Shown: positions 1 through 10,124 of the stretch, in pieces
How positions within the stretch are numbered: position 1 is the first letter of the stretch
Layout of the letters: each line of letters opens with the position of its first letter
Assembly (NCBI GenBank): GCA_050250855.1
Contig: JBFWNW010000001.1
Span: forward strand, 412,266-476,265
DNA length: 64,000 nucleotides
Origin: Candidatus Babeliales bacterium
GTDB taxonomy: Bacteria; Babelota; Babeliae; Babelales; JACPOV01
Direction of reading: 5' to 3'
The notes under the pieces: generated by a model
Told to the model about the DNA's origin: nothing
The model's input: the letters and a program-made list of their open reading frames with translations, nothing else
Databases searched by the model: none
Translations under genes and position numbers: made by a program

Positions 1-1500
1 GGCCTTATCAATATTTTCAGGATTGTTGGTAGCACCAATAATGATAACTGTTTTTGAGCTATCAGAAGAAATATTCATGCAGCCACTTAATGCGGTAAGA
101 GCATTTGCTAATCCAGCACCATCGCGTTCATTTTGCCATGAGCACAAATGAATTTCATCAATAAATACAATGCACGGTGCATTTAATTTTGCGTATTTAA
201 TAATAGTATCTAAACCATGCAGTTGAACGTCAGCTGCGCTGAATACTAAGAATTCAAATTTTATACCTAATTTACGTGCACTGCCGGCAAGCGCTTCTAC
301 CACAAATGTTTTACCCGATCCTGGCGGCCCATACAAAAGATAGCCGGGTGAAGGAGCAATGCCCGCACGGTCAAAACGTTCTGGGTTACGAATATAATCA
401 ATTAAAAGCTGGAATGTTTCTTTGATATGATCTTTACCAATAATATCATCAAGGGTTGCTCGCGGCTCTTTTTTACCGAAATCAATTTTTCCGGTACCAG
501 GACCACCGCGTAAATAACTGCGCACACCTTCCCAACGCAAGGAGCACCAATTTTTAAACTCTTGCCATGTTTCTGGATAAAATGAAACAAGAAGTGGCCA
601 GGTAACGATAGTAGGAACGGCGAGGTTTACAAAGCCGATTTTTTCAAGCACATAATGTATTTTTGCTACGATGGTGGCATCTTTGTTAGGTTCTAGTATT
701 TTATTGCCATGCTTATTGTGAGTATCGCCAATCCAATCTTTGATTTTCGATAATGGTTTTCCTATAAATGTTTTTTTATCGAACCATTCTTTTTTGGAAT
801 TAGCAATTACTTGATAACCAAAAAGACAACCAAGACCTGTTAAGAAAGCCTTTTTGCCAAGATTGTAACGCGTATAAAAATTTTCTAGCGTTCTATATGA
901 ACGATTCATAAAAGAGAGACCGACCATTTGTGTTTCTTGCACAAGAAGAGCCATGTTTTGTTGGCACTGGCTAATCTGTTCATCAATTTTTTCAAAATCA
1001 ATATCATCATGAGCCATGCTGCGTTTAATGACCATCTGAAGATTAGGTTCTTCGAGTGTCTTAAGATTGTAATAAACAAGATTACGCATATGGTCTATAT
1101 ATGCTTGGGCGATATCCAAAAGCACTTTAATGCTATAAGGATCAACAACAACATACGATCCTTTTTTGATTTCTTGGATGGTGTTACGTATTTTTGAAAT
1201 ATGTTTGATAACCATTTTTTTATCAATATTACGCAACTGATTATTGTTTACCACCTGGGCAAGGTGTTCACAGTTTGCATCAAGGCCCTCAAAAAGTCTG
1301 AGTGTTGGCTGAATTTTCTCCTCAAGAAAGTCATTCTTCATTTTTTTTAATTCAGCTTGAACTTCAGGCGGTAGCTGCTTGGGATCAATCTTTCCATGCT
1401 CTTGTGCCGCTGCGTCTGCTGCATGCAACAGGGTAGAAGGTGCTAAAAAGCTCGAAACTACTAGGGCAAAGAAATAAATTCTAATATAATTTTTTATCAC
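1..1500 (-). CDS. FtsH-like AAA+ ATPase, 3'-truncated by the window edge
   Basis: Manual translation from GTG at 1500 (RBS AGGA): hydrophobic N-terminus, then PERFDRAGIAPSPGYLLYGPPGSGKT (Walker A), APCIVFIDEIH (Walker B) and VIIIGATN. Absent from the ORF track because there is no stop codon in the window. Confidence 0.85.
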   Translation of the reverse strand, partial: MIKNYIRIYFFALVVSSFLAPSTLLHAADAAAQEHGKIDPKQLPPEVQAELKKMKNDFLEEKIQPTLRLFEGLDANCEHLAQVVNNNQLRNIDKKMVIKHISKIRNTIQEIKKGSYVVVDPYSIKVLLDIAQAYIDHMRNLVYYNLKTLEEPNLQMVIKRSMAHDDIDFEKIDEQISQCQQNMALLVQETQMVGLSFMNRSYRTLENFYTRYNLGKKAFLTGLGCLFGYQVIANSKKEWFDKKTFIGKPLSKIKDWIGDTHNKHGNKILEPNKDATIVAKIHYVLEKIGFVNLAVPTIVTWPLLVSFYPETWQEFKNWCSLRWEGVRSYLRGGPGTGKIDFGKKEPRATLDDIIGKDHIKETFQLLIDYIRNPERFDRAGIAPSPGYLLYGPPGSGKTFVVEALAGSARKLGIKFEFLVFSAADVQLHGLDTIIKYAKLNAPCIVFIDEIHLCSWQNERDGAGLANALTALSGCMNISSDSSKTVIIIGATNNPENIDKA

Positions 1501-1610
1501 AGGTATTCCTCAAAAAGTACTTTGATGCTTCTTTAAAATCTATACAAAGATGGTACTAAAGAGGGAGTTTTTGTCAATTGCCTAAGGGGTTTTGAGGGGG
1601 TTTGCAGGCT

Positions 1611-1641
1611 AAAAGAAAGGGCTTTGGAAGCCAAAGCCCTT
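1611..1641 (-). terminator. Rho-independent terminator of the 1650-2030 gene
   Basis: Stem AAGGGCTTTGG/CCAAAGCCCTT followed by a T-rich tail on the minus strand. Confidence 0.75.
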
Positions 1642-1649
1642 GAATTGGT

Positions 1650-2030
1650 TTATTGTAGACCTAGTGCGTTTTCTACTGAGTTAAAGAGTGAATTGAGTGG
1701 TCCTTGAACATAGTCTTTATAAACAGATTTTACCGATTCAAAGATAATAACGCCTGCCAGAAGATCAAGGGCTTTTTCCGCTGTTTTTCTTCTTACAGCA
1801 TTTTCTTGTGAGTCGGTTGTATTTGCATATTGATCAGGAAGGTGCAATGTGTATTTATAGAATAAGTAAAGACCAGCTAAAGGTAATACGGTTGATTTAC
1901 CTAATTGATAAATACTTGCAATAGGAGAGCCAGAGCGTGGCATCATTGGTTTCATTGGCATATCTTTGTCGCATGTTTTAGCATTGATGCTTCCGGCCAC
2001 CAAAAGTGATGCTAGGAGTAATTTTTTCAT
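1650..2030 (-). CDS. hypothetical exported/membrane protein
   Basis: Signal peptide MKKLLLASLLVAGSINA; start moved to the ATG at 2030. Confidence 0.6.
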   Translation of the reverse strand: MKKLLLASLLVAGSINAKTCDKDMPMKPMMPRSGSPIASIYQLGKSTVLPLAGLYLFYKYTLHLPDQYANTTDSQENAVRRKTAEKALDLLAGVIIFESVKSVYKDYVQGPLNSLFNSVENALGLQ

Positions 2031-2207
2031 AAGAACCCTTTTTTTGTTAAAAATGTTAAAAGAAATGTCTCTTGGCAAGCAAGCCTATGTCAATTGACAG
2101 TTTTGTCAATAGTAAGAAAATCAGATAAAAATTCTTGTGTCTTTTTGAATGAGTGTGTACGCTTTTTGGTGAATTGCTTATCGCAAATTAAAAACGTTTA
2201 CATGTTT

Positions 2208-2288
2208 ATACTTCGACTCGAGTTGAAACTCTCGCTCAGTATGACTGGTTTCTCGGTCTCCCTGAGCGAACAGAGTGAGTCGAAGGGT
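2208..2288. repeat. palindromic REP-like element
   Basis: CTTCGACTC...CGCTCAG / CTGAGCG...GAGTCGAAG inverted arms; related to the element at 14915-15085. Confidence 0.6.
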
Positions 2289-2315
2289 AAATATAATTTT
2301 AAAAGGAGTTTTTTT

Positions 2316-3761
2316 ATGACTATGTCTAACCGTGTTCTTATATTTTGTGCATTAGCCGCGGCGCTGTCATTGGGTATTGTAGGTATAGTCAAAACTAAAA
2401 AAACAAAAGCTGAAAAATATGCTTTAAAGGCCGTTAAGAGTTTGAAAAATGTAGTACCACTTCTTATTAGTGGTTCTGGGGCTGCAGGAGGGTCGGCTGC
2501 TTTGTATGGATCGCGCTCTGACTTAAAAACTATTGTCATTGGGGGTGAAAAGCCAGGCGGTGCGCTGACAGAAACAAGTTATATTGAAAATTGGCCGGGA
2601 AGAGTAAAAGTACTCGGTTCAAAATTAATGGATGATCTGCATGAACAAGCAAAATCGTTTGGTGCAGAATTTTTAAATGATACCGTTTTATCTATAGATT
2701 GTTCTGAGTGGCCATATACGGTAAAAACTGAAGGTGGTTTGACGTTGCGTGTACTTGCGCTTATTTATGCAACCGGTTCTACGCCGCGCACACTTGGTAT
2801 TCCGGGAGAAAAAGAGTTTTGGGGCAGAGGTGTTACAACCTGCGCTATTTGCGATGCTCCTTTTTGCAAAGGATATGATGTTGCCGTTGTTGGTGGTGGC
2901 GATACCGCAGCTGAAGAAGCGATGCAACTTGCTCCGTATGCAAAACATATTACTATTTTAGTAAGAGGTTCTGCTATGCGCGCTAGCGCTGCAATGCAGG
3001 AACGCTTGAAAGAGTATCCTAATATTGCTATTGCATATCATAAAGAAGTTAAAAAAATTAATGGCACTGATGGTCATGTTAGTTCAATTGACGTTTTGGA
3101 TAACCAAAGTAATACAATGCAAACAATGCCAATACGAGGATTCTTTTTGGCAATAGGTCATGATCCCAATGTTGCTTTAGTAAAAGATTGTGTAGCGCTT
3201 GATAAAGAAGGATATGTTGCATTGGATAGCAGATCACAACGCACGTCAGTTCCTTTCATATATGCAGCAGGAGATGTCGCCGATAAACATTACAAGCAAG
3301 CGGGCGTTGCAGCAGGAGATGCTATAAAAGCGGCTCTGGATGCATTGGCAGATTTGCAAGAGCTTGGTTATTCAACTAAATTTGCCAAAAGTATTGAAAA
3401 GAATTTCTTTAGCCCGTCACAGGCAGAAGCAAAAGAGGTAGCATTAGTTTCTTCCGTCAGTGAATTTGAAAAGATAATGATGAGCTCAGATGCGCCAGTG
3501 ATACTGGACTTTTTTGCTGAATATTGTCCAAGCTGCATGCGCATGATTCCGGTTGTAGAATCGGTTGCTTTTGAACTTGGCAACGATGCTTCTTTTTATA
3601 AAGCTGATATGGAACAGGCGCAAGAGCTTGCTCGTACATATAATGTTGAAAGCATTCCAACTCTTTTAGTGTTCAAAAAAGGAAAATTAGTCGGCCGCTA
3701 TACGGAGGCTATGAATAAAAGTCAGCTTCATGAAACGGCAAAAAAACATATTGAAAATTAA
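2316..3761 (+). CDS. trxB: thioredoxin-disulfide reductase fused to a C-terminal thioredoxin, with an N-terminal hydrophobic anchor
   Basis: GSGAAG, GGALTET, CAICD, GGGDTAAEEA, AAGDV; C-terminal DFFAEYCPSC thioredoxin domain; RBS AAGGAG before the ATG at 2316. Confidence 0.9.
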   Translation: MTMSNRVLIFCALAAALSLGIVGIVKTKKTKAEKYALKAVKSLKNVVPLLISGSGAAGGSAALYGSRSDLKTIVIGGEKPGGALTETSYIENWPGRVKVLGSKLMDDLHEQAKSFGAEFLNDTVLSIDCSEWPYTVKTEGGLTLRVLALIYATGSTPRTLGIPGEKEFWGRGVTTCAICDAPFCKGYDVAVVGGGDTAAEEAMQLAPYAKHITILVRGSAMRASAAMQERLKEYPNIAIAYHKEVKKINGTDGHVSSIDVLDNQSNTMQTMPIRGFFLAIGHDPNVALVKDCVALDKEGYVALDSRSQRTSVPFIYAAGDVADKHYKQAGVAAGDAIKAALDALADLQELGYSTKFAKSIEKNFFSPSQAEAKEVALVSSVSEFEKIMMSSDAPVILDFFAEYCPSCMRMIPVVESVAFELGNDASFYKADMEQAQELARTYNVESIPTLLVFKKGKLVGRYTEAMNKSQLHETAKKHIEN

Positions 3762-3782
3762 CTATTCAACGAGATATTTTGC

Positions 3783-4859
3783 ATGAAGCAACTTGGTTTA
3801 CTTCTTATTATTTTAGCGTTGCATACGGTGGGCGTGAGCTTAAGCATGCAGCAGCCCAAGCCTTGGCGCAGCAAAAGCTATGGTAAAATTCTAAAAAAAG
3901 TCGGTATAGATGGGGTTAGAGAGTTCGTTAATCAAGGCTGGGATGTTAACGAAAGGGATATTGATGGCGATTCAGTTCTTACGCATGCGCTTGGTTATGC
4001 ACGAACTTTTAAATATTTGATTGAGAATGGTGCGAATATACATCAAAAGACTGATAAGCGTTATGGTCGTTATAATCATGAAGGAGAAACCTTTCTTCAT
4101 CAAGCCGCTGAGTCTGCCTATTCTGATACGGTCCTCATACTTATTCAAGCAGGCGCTGATGTCAATGCGCTTACAAAGAAGGGAGAGACACCCCTTTTTT
4201 ATGCTTGTAATGGCATGTATGAAGATGAAAATCATGATGAGGATAGAATTAAGACTGTGCAGCGATTGCTTGCGCATAGTGCAGACGTAAACAAAAGGCC
4301 TGATTGTGGCAGTTCTGTGCTCCATAAACTGACTGGTGAATGGGGTAGAGGGGTAAAGGTAACTGAGTTACTTCTTGCTTATGGTGCGGATGTAGGTCTG
4401 GTAGATAATAAAGGCAAAACATGTCTATCTTATGCTGTGGGTCGGGTGTATGGATTATACATGAAATATAGTTTGGCTCATAGTAATGTTGATTTAAAAA
4501 AAATGGAAGAGGATATTGGCCGGGGCTTTTTGATCACGCTTGAAGGCGGCATGCAATCTCTTATGAATAATACAGCTTCTAAAATGCGCGCATCGTATTT
4601 TTTACGCGATACTCTTACAGAGCTTTGTTTAATACGTGAACATGGCGGCGATTCTGTTTTTGGAAAAGATTTTTTGCCGCTTGATATGTTCAAACTTATT
4701 TTGAAAGAGACAAAAGATCAAAGTCAATCAACAAAAGTTTCTTTGCGCCCATCAGCAAGGCGCATACAAGAGATTATTACTTTTTTTAAAGATGAAGGTT
4801 TTGATCAAAGAGATCCCGGTTTTATGCAGCAGTTAGAAGAATATAAAAATAAACAATAA
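3783..4859 (+). CDS. secreted ankyrin-repeat protein with C-terminal F-box-like motif (copy 1)
   Basis: Signal peptide; GETFLHQAA and GETPLFYAC ankyrin repeats; KDFLPLDMFKLIL. Confidence 0.85.
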   Translation: MKQLGLLLIILALHTVGVSLSMQQPKPWRSKSYGKILKKVGIDGVREFVNQGWDVNERDIDGDSVLTHALGYARTFKYLIENGANIHQKTDKRYGRYNHEGETFLHQAAESAYSDTVLILIQAGADVNALTKKGETPLFYACNGMYEDENHDEDRIKTVQRLLAHSADVNKRPDCGSSVLHKLTGEWGRGVKVTELLLAYGADVGLVDNKGKTCLSYAVGRVYGLYMKYSLAHSNVDLKKMEEDIGRGFLITLEGGMQSLMNNTASKMRASYFLRDTLTELCLIREHGGDSVFGKDFLPLDMFKLILKETKDQSQSTKVSLRPSARRIQEIITFFKDEGFDQRDPGFMQQLEEYKNKQ

Positions 4860-4869
4860 GAGAAAGAGC

Positions 4870-6000
4870 ATGATGTATATAAAACAGCGTGGTTTACTTT
4901 TTATTTTGGCGTTGCATACGGTGGGCGTGAGCTTAAGCATGCAGCAGCAACCTTGGCCTTGCAAAAATTATTATAAAGCTCTCAAAGATGCCAGCGTAAA
5001 AACGATTGCCGACTGGCTTAAACAGGGCTGGGACATGAAGCAAAAGGATGAAACGGGCTATTCAGTTCTTTGGCGTGTACTAAATCGCCCTGATATGATT
5101 ACCTTTTTGATTGAGCAGGGTGCTGATATACACGAACGTGATCATATGGGAAAAACCTTTCTTCATGAAGCTGCTTGGCAGGGTTGTCCGGAGGTTGTTG
5201 AGCTTCTTATTGCAAACGGTATTGAGGTAAACGTACTTACTAGTAATGGAACTACGCCACTTCTTGATGCTTGTGAGCGAACGCATGCAAAGGAGGAGGG
5301 TGATACGAGATTTAAGATTGCCCAACAATTGCTTGCTCATGGTGCAGATGTAAACAAAAGGCCTAATTATGGCTATTCAGCGCTCCATAAATTGGCTTAC
5401 AGTGGTTTGACAAAGGTAGCTGGGTTACTTCTTGCTCATGGTGCAGATGTGAGTTATGTACATACCAGTCAAGATTCCAGATGGCCCAGTGCAGGATCCA
5501 TGCTGCGTCGTGCTCTGCAGGAAGGAAACAATGACATTGCTCATTTATATATACAGTATAGTTTTGCTCATAATAATGTTGATTTAAAAGAAATGAGAGA
5601 GGATGTTTCTTGCGGGTTTATGGATCGAAATAGAAAATTTTTTTCTGGGAATGATGTTTCTGCTTGCTCTCTGCACATGCTCAAAGAGGGCATGAAATCT
5701 CTTATGAATGGTACAGATTGTAAATTGCATGCAACATGTTTTTTAGGCGACATGCTTACAAAGTTTTGTTTAATGCGTGAGCATTGTGAAGATTCTGTTT
5801 TTGATAAAGATTATTTGCCGCTTGATATGTTCAAACTTATTTTGCAAGAGGTAAAAGATCAAAGTTCACTAACAGAAGTTCTTTTGCGTCCATCACGAAA
5901 GCGCATACAAGAGATTATTACTTTTTTTAAAGATGAAGGCTTTGATCAAAGTGATCCTGATTTTATGCAGCAGTTAGAAGAATATAAAAACAAACAATAA
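4870..6000 (+). CDS. secreted ankyrin-repeat protein (copy 2)
   Basis: Ankyrin repeats GKTFLHEAA and GTTPLLDAC; KDYLPLDMFKLIL. Confidence 0.85.
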   Translation: MMYIKQRGLLFILALHTVGVSLSMQQQPWPCKNYYKALKDASVKTIADWLKQGWDMKQKDETGYSVLWRVLNRPDMITFLIEQGADIHERDHMGKTFLHEAAWQGCPEVVELLIANGIEVNVLTSNGTTPLLDACERTHAKEEGDTRFKIAQQLLAHGADVNKRPNYGYSALHKLAYSGLTKVAGLLLAHGADVSYVHTSQDSRWPSAGSMLRRALQEGNNDIAHLYIQYSFAHNNVDLKEMREDVSCGFMDRNRKFFSGNDVSACSLHMLKEGMKSLMNGTDCKLHATCFLGDMLTKFCLMREHCEDSVFDKDYLPLDMFKLILQEVKDQSSLTEVLLRPSRKRIQEIITFFKDEGFDQSDPDFMQQLEEYKNKQ

Positions 6001-6011
6001 GAGAGAGCATA

Positions 6012-7118
6012 ATGTACAGAAAACAGCGTTGGTTATTTTTTATTTTAGCGGTGCATACAGTGGCTGTGAGCTTAAGTATGCAGCATCCTTGGGATTGCAA
6101 TAGCTATTATGATGCTCTCAAAGATGCAAATGAAAAAACGATTACCGAATGGCTGGAGAATGGATGGGACATTAACCAAAAGGATAAAAGAGGCTATTCT
6201 GTTCTTCGGTCTGTAATTCGGCGTCCTGATATGCTTACATTTTTGATTGAGAAGGGTGCTGATATACATGAACGGGATGATAAGGGAGAAACCCTTCTAC
6301 ACAAAGCTGCTTGGCATGGCTGTCCGGAGGTTGTAGAGATTGTTATTGCAAACGGTATTGAAGTAAATGCACTTTCTCATGATGGAACTACGCCACTTCT
6401 TTGTGCTTGTGAGCGAACGCACGTAGAAAAGCAGAAGGAGGAGAGATTTAAGATTGTACAAAAATTGCTTGCGCATGGTGCAGATGTAAACAAAAGAAGT
6501 TGTTGTGGTAGATCAGTGCTTCACGAGCTGGCTTCTAAAGATTTAGTAGATATAGCTAAATTGGTTCTTGCTTATGGTGCGGATGTAAGCCAGATAGATA
6601 ATAAAGGTAAAACCTGCCTATCTTGTGTTGCGAGGAATAACGTAAAAATGGCTCATTTATACATCAAGTATAGCTTGGCTCATAGTAACGTTGACTTAAA
6701 AAAATTGAGAGAGGATGGTTCTGGCTTTCTGCATAAATATATTGGATCGCAACCAGCGCTATCTCCCGAAAGTATTTTTTTCTGTTCTCTTCCAATGCTC
6801 AGAGAGCAAATGCAATCCGTTATGAATAATACAGATTCTAAAATGCGGGCATCGTATTTTTTATGCGATACACTTACAGAGCTTTGTTTAATACGTGAAC
6901 ATGGCGGCGATTCTTTTTTTGGAAAGGATTTTTTGCCGCTTGATATGTTCAAGCTTATTTTGCAAGAAGCTCGCACCATAAGTCAATCAACAGAAGTTCC
7001 ATTGCGTCCATCGCTAAAGCGCATACAAGAGATTATTACTTTTTTTAAAGATGAAGGCTTTGATCAAAGTGATCCCGATTTTATGCAGCAGTTAGAAGAA
7101 TATAAAAATAAACAATAA
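6012..7118 (+). CDS. secreted ankyrin-repeat protein (copy 3)
   Basis: Ankyrin repeats; conserved C-terminal module. Confidence 0.85.
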   Translation: MYRKQRWLFFILAVHTVAVSLSMQHPWDCNSYYDALKDANEKTITEWLENGWDINQKDKRGYSVLRSVIRRPDMLTFLIEKGADIHERDDKGETLLHKAAWHGCPEVVEIVIANGIEVNALSHDGTTPLLCACERTHVEKQKEERFKIVQKLLAHGADVNKRSCCGRSVLHELASKDLVDIAKLVLAYGADVSQIDNKGKTCLSCVARNNVKMAHLYIKYSLAHSNVDLKKLREDGSGFLHKYIGSQPALSPESIFFCSLPMLREQMQSVMNNTDSKMRASYFLCDTLTELCLIREHGGDSFFGKDFLPLDMFKLILQEARTISQSTEVPLRPSLKRIQEIITFFKDEGFDQSDPDFMQQLEEYKNKQ

Positions 7119-7128
7119 GAGAGAAGGC

Positions 7129-8235
7129 GTGATGTACAGAAAACGGCGTGGTTTAGTTTTTATTTTAGCGTTGCATGCGGTGAGCGCGAGCTTGGGGATG
7201 CAGCCTCCAAAAAGCTATTATGATGCTCTAAAAGATGCCAGTATAGAAACGATTGATAAGTGGCTTGAACAAGGCTGGGATATTAAGCAAAAGGATCAAA
7301 GAGGTTTTTCAGTTTTTTCGTCTGTACTAAATCGCCATGATATGGTTACCTTTTTGATTGAGAAGGGTGCTGATATACATGAACGTGATCATAGGGGAGA
7401 AACCCTTCTTCATAGAACTGCCTGGGAGGGCTGTTCGGAGGTTGTTGAGATTCTTATTGCAAGAGGTATTCAGGTAAATGCACTTTCTCATGATGGAACT
7501 ACGCCACTTCTTTGTGCTTGTGAGCGAACGCATGCTAAAGAGCAGAATGAAGAAAGATTTAAGATTGTACAAAAATTGCTTGCGCATGGTGCAGACGTAA
7601 ACAAAAGGCCTAATTATGGCAGTTCAGTGCTCTATAAACTGGCATATAGTGGTTTGATAAAGGTAGCTGAGCTACTTCTTGCTCATGGTGCAGATGTGAG
7701 TCATGTACATTCCTGTGAAGGATCCATGCTGCGTCGTGCTCTGCAGGAAGGGAACAATGACATTGCTCATTTATACATACAGTATAGTTTTGCTCATAGT
7801 AACGCTGATTTAAAAAAAATGAGAGAGGATCTTTTTTGCGAGTTTATACGTAAATATGCAAAATTTTTTTCTGAGGAGGGCGCTTCTTCTTGTGCTCTGC
7901 AAATGCTCAAAGATGACATGAAATCTCTTATGAATAATACAGCTTCTAAAATGCGCGCATCGTATTTTTTACGCGATACGATTATAGAGCTTTGTTTAAT
8001 GCGTGAGCATTGTGAAGATTCTGTTTTGAGAAAAGATTATTTGCCCCTTGATATGTTTGAGCTGATTTTGCAAGAAGCTCGCACCATAAGTCAAACAACA
8101 GAAGTTCCTTTGCGTCCATCGCCAAAGCGCATGCAAGAGATTATTCGCTTTTTTGATTCTGATGCTGAAGAGTGTCGTCAAAATAGTTCTAGTTTTATGC
8201 AGAAACTAGAAGGATATAAAAGTAAGGAACAGTAA
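7129..8235 (+). CDS. secreted ankyrin-repeat protein (copy 4)
   Basis: Ankyrin repeats; KDYLPLDMFELIL. Confidence 0.85.
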   Translation: MMYRKRRGLVFILALHAVSASLGMQPPKSYYDALKDASIETIDKWLEQGWDIKQKDQRGFSVFSSVLNRHDMVTFLIEKGADIHERDHRGETLLHRTAWEGCSEVVEILIARGIQVNALSHDGTTPLLCACERTHAKEQNEERFKIVQKLLAHGADVNKRPNYGSSVLYKLAYSGLIKVAELLLAHGADVSHVHSCEGSMLRRALQEGNNDIAHLYIQYSFAHSNADLKKMREDLFCEFIRKYAKFFSEEGASSCALQMLKDDMKSLMNNTASKMRASYFLRDTIIELCLMREHCEDSVLRKDYLPLDMFELILQEARTISQTTEVPLRPSPKRMQEIIRFFDSDAEECRQNSSSFMQKLEGYKSKEQ

Positions 8236-9233
8236 TGCATAAGTACTATATTTTTTATTTAGCTGCAAGTCTGGTGAGCGTTAATTTTGGTATGGATGAA
8301 ACGTCAGAAAAACCAAAATCATTACTTGACGCGGCAGGGCAAGGAAGCTTGATGCACGTTCAAGAATTTTGTAACAATGGCGCTAATGTAAATCAACGAG
8401 GTAAATATGGCCATACGCCCCTTGAAAAGGCTTTTTTGGGTAATCATCTAGATATCGCTCAATTTCTTATTGAAAATGGTGCTGATGTAAATCAAAGCGG
8501 TCAATATTTTACCCCGCTATTTCAGGCCATTCAAAAAGATAGCTTAGATGCTGTAAAATTTCTTATTGCACAGGGTGCCAATGTAAATCAACCATGTAAT
8601 GACGATACAGGACTTCGCTTGGCAGCTGGAAGAGGCTGTTTAGATATCGTTCAATTTCTTGTTGCCAAAGGAGCTGAGGTAAACCCATTACCTACTAAAT
8701 ATGGGAAGCAAACGCCACTTCTTTCTGCCTTAGAAAATGGGCATCTAGAAGTTGCTGCCTATTTGCTTGCGCATGGTGCAGATATAAAGATCCCACTTGG
8801 AAAGGTAAAAGGGTTAATAGCTACTGAAAATTTAAAAAAGCTTCTACAGGAAGGTAAGTCAGCTATAGATCGTGAAAATTTTAAAAATGGGCTTAAAAAT
8901 GAAGATTTGGATTATCATAAGGATGCAATCAATTCCTTAACAAAAAATCTAAAAGAACTAGCTGAAGAGTTTATTAATAATAAATTCTTTATCCCACTTG
9001 AACAACAATCATTGCTCACCTTATGCTGTACGCGTGAGCTGTGTCAGAATTCTTTGTTTTATAAAGATTTCTTGCCGTCAGATATATTCAAGATCATTAT
9101 TAAGCAGGCAGAGATATTAGCATTATCAAATGTGCAAGCAACGGAGTTAGTGAGCTTTTTTAGGGAGATTGAGTATGAGCAAACTGATCCTGATTTTATG
9201 CAGAAGTTAGAAGAATATAAGAACAAGAGATAA
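8235..9233 (+). CDS. secreted ankyrin-repeat protein (copy 5)
   Basis: TPLEKA, TPLFQA and TPLLSA ankyrin repeats; KDFLPSDIFKIII. Confidence 0.85.
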   Translation: MHKYYIFYLAASLVSVNFGMDETSEKPKSLLDAAGQGSLMHVQEFCNNGANVNQRGKYGHTPLEKAFLGNHLDIAQFLIENGADVNQSGQYFTPLFQAIQKDSLDAVKFLIAQGANVNQPCNDDTGLRLAAGRGCLDIVQFLVAKGAEVNPLPTKYGKQTPLLSALENGHLEVAAYLLAHGADIKIPLGKVKGLIATENLKKLLQEGKSAIDRENFKNGLKNEDLDYHKDAINSLTKNLKELAEEFINNKFFIPLEQQSLLTLCCTRELCQNSLFYKDFLPSDIFKIIIKQAEILALSNVQATELVSFFREIEYEQTDPDFMQKLEEYKNKR

Positions 9234-9235
9234 CT

Positions 9236-9997
9236 ATGAAGCTCTATATTTTTTGTTTTGTCATAAGTTTGGTGAGCGTTAACTTTGGAATGGAAAGAAA
9301 ACCAGGGCATTTTAGTTATGATGATTATCTTTTATTTGCAATTTCTGACGATTTAGTTAGAACTAGCAAGGTTATTCTTTTAGCGCAAAAAATTGAGCCA
9401 TATGAATTAATTCAAAGTCAGTTCATAGAAAAACCATCTCATATTACTTCGATAGACAAGTTTGATATTATCAAATTATTTATTGAGAAAGGCTCTCAAG
9501 CAAGCGAAACAGGACGCTTAGATCTCGTTAAATTTCTTATTGAAAAAGGCGCTCGAGTAAATCAATCACCTTCTAGACTTAGTCCTTTTATTATGGCTTT
9601 GGAAAAAGGTTATTCAGATATTGCTGCATATTTACTTGTTCATGATGCAGATACAACAAGGCTTAAAGATTTAAAAGAAAATTATATAAATATTAAGCCA
9701 TTGATAATAGAAACTCTTCAAAAAGCAGTAATCAGTATTATTGTAGGTAGTTTCTTCAACAAATTAGAACAACAGTCATTGCTTGCCTTGTGCCTTATTC
9801 GTGAATATTGCGATGATTCACCCTTTGGTAAAGATTATTTACCCCTTGATATGTTTAAAGAAATTAAAAAGCGGGCAGAGGCTTTATCGCTTTCCGTTTG
9901 GCAAACATTGGAATTAATAAGTTTTTTTAGGGAAATTGGTTGTGAACACAGTGATCCTGATTTTATGCAGAAACTAGAGCAGTATAAAGGTTTATAA
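9236..9997 (+). CDS. secreted protein with degenerate ankyrin repeats (copy 6)
   Basis: LVKFLIEKGARVN; KDYLPLDMFKEI; same DPDFMQKLE tail as the other copies. Confidence 0.8.
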   Translation: MKLYIFCFVISLVSVNFGMERKPGHFSYDDYLLFAISDDLVRTSKVILLAQKIEPYELIQSQFIEKPSHITSIDKFDIIKLFIEKGSQASETGRLDLVKFLIEKGARVNQSPSRLSPFIMALEKGYSDIAAYLLVHDADTTRLKDLKENYINIKPLIIETLQKAVISIIVGSFFNKLEQQSLLALCLIREYCDDSPFGKDYLPLDMFKEIKKRAEALSLSVWQTLELISFFREIGCEHSDPDFMQKLEQYKGL

Positions 9998-10124
9998 AAC
10001 AAAACTACTTTAAAAAAGCTTGAAAGTTCTTTTTCTTTTTATGTACTAATATATTTTATTGCAATCTGAAATTACTATTTGGTATTGTAAGAAGTGAATA
10101 CGATTAGTAAAAAGGAAAAAGGCT

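Noticed and set aside
402..1197. Short ORFs 402-590 and 928-1197
   Set aside because: They overlap the long minus-strand AAA+ ATPase frame (1-1500)
2094..2315. 74-aa N-terminal extension of TrxB in the ORF track
   Set aside because: It runs through promoter-like DNA and a palindromic repeat; a strong RBS precedes the ATG at 2316
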